Source: the human T2T-CHM13v2.0 reference genome, Homo sapiens. From it: a DNA stretch of 64,000 bases. The notes under the pieces are model-generated. The model was not told where the DNA came from, searched no databases, and was given only the letters and a program-made list of their open reading frames with translations. Both the position numbers and the translations under genes were made by a program. The stretch is from NCBI RefSeq assembly GCF_009914755.1, contig NC_060936.1, one strand, 5' to 3'. Below are positions 62,820 to 64,000 of this stretch, piece after piece; positions within the stretch are counted from its first letter, which is position 1, and each line of letters starts with the position of its first letter.

Positions 62820-64000
62820 TGTAAGTAGTCTCCAGGGCTGTGGGCTGGTGTGACTGCTCCACAGTTACCAGAGGCCAAGGTTTCTTCTCTCTTTATGCTT
62901 TGCCATCCTTGGCACGTGATTTCCACTCTCAAGATTCCCTCATGGTCCTAACTGGCTGCTGGAGCCTCAGGCCATCTTGTCCCTTGTGGGAATAGTGCTA
63001 GCAGAGTAGAAGGGAGACTCAGAGAGAGGAAGACAAAAAGGAAGCTAACATGAAAAAGACATTTTCGTCAAATGCTAGTTCTTTGAACTTCTGGGAAGAA
63101 AAGAGTTTCTAGGAGACCACAACTTTTTACTGCTTTGAAGATTCCAAATTCCTGAGAATATGATTCAGTTAGTGAGTAACGTTCTCTATGCTGGCAAAGG
63201 AGGAAATTACCTGGATCTGGACCTATCTTTGGAGGATGAGAGAGGAGCTGTTATCTCTCCCCCACTGATACAATGATGTTGTAATGTCTTTTCAGTAGGC
63301 ATTTGCCTGAGCTCTTTTTTTTGGACTATAATTTTCCCCCACCCCACTTTCTCTAATCTCTGCTTCTCAAAATCTTATCTATTCTTCAGAGCCTAATTCC
63401 TTTCTTTTCCCAGAAGCTTTTCCACATTCTCCTCATCTGGGATTTTTTTTTTTCTTTGAACCTCCACAGATTTTTGTGATGATCTTTCTCCATGTTTTAA
63501 CATAGATACCGGTAAACTTATCTAACGCTTCCCTAGCTCCCTCTCACCATTGAATGCCATCCCCTTGAGTTAAGTCAGGGACTATGCCTTGTTCACATCT
63601 GCTGCAGCCATCACAGAACCTTTAAAAAAGTAGGTTCTTAAATCTTAAATGAGTGCATGCTGTGAGGGAAGGAAAGCAAATAGACTTTTTGGCTCAAATA
63701 AAGAATTGATGTGTTTAGAAGACAGGTAAAGAGAAAAGGGACGAGTTGTCGGATGATCTTGATATCTAGGCTTTGAATCTGGGCTTGGCAGGGTAGGTGC
63801 ATGAGCCCTGAATATAAGGGAGCTGGCCTAGGGAGAGAAAAAAAACCATCACTTCAACTCCTGTCTTCCAGGGTGTTGACTTCATTAACTGCCCCACATC
63901 CACCAGATTTCCCCAGATCTTAGTTGACATAGAGACATTCATTCTGTTTCTCACCTTAAGAAAATCCATCCTGAGTTAGCTTCAGTTGGTGCTGCCGCTA

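Overview
This is primate, almost certainly human, genomic DNA. It covers about 39 kb upstream of CRADD (RAIDD) and the 5' part of the gene: CpG-rich promoter, non-coding exon 1 (ends 38967), exon 2 (40264-40567, encoding the whole CARD) and the start of the large intron 2. The death-domain exon lies outside the window. A full-length processed copy of PGAM1 sits on the minus strand at 1326-3054, with an uninterrupted 254-codon ORF, complete 3' UTR, poly(A) tail and a 12-bp target-site duplication (TSD). A same-orientation ERV1-type solo LTR lies about 240 bp upstream of it. The rest is dominated by interspersed repeats: more than 20 Alus, MaLR/ERVL/ERV1 solo LTRs, MER5/MER45/Tigger/MER1/MER2/MER58 DNA transposons, MIR/L2, and a nested ~5.8-kb old L1. 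I see no prokaryotic-type system, CRISPR array or RNA gene, and no clearly new biological system. The best leads are: the possibly expressible intact PGAM1 retrocopy with its LTR; a fixed-spacing YY1-ETS repeat and a strong-Kozak uORF at the CRADD start; three local rearrangement scars (a ~300-bp fold-back palindrome, a perfect 39-bp duplication around an MSTA LTR, and a 30-bp templated insertion); and a paired STAT5 GAS site. Repeat subfamily names and reference protein comparisons come from recalled consensus sequences and should be confirmed by RepeatMasker/BLAST.
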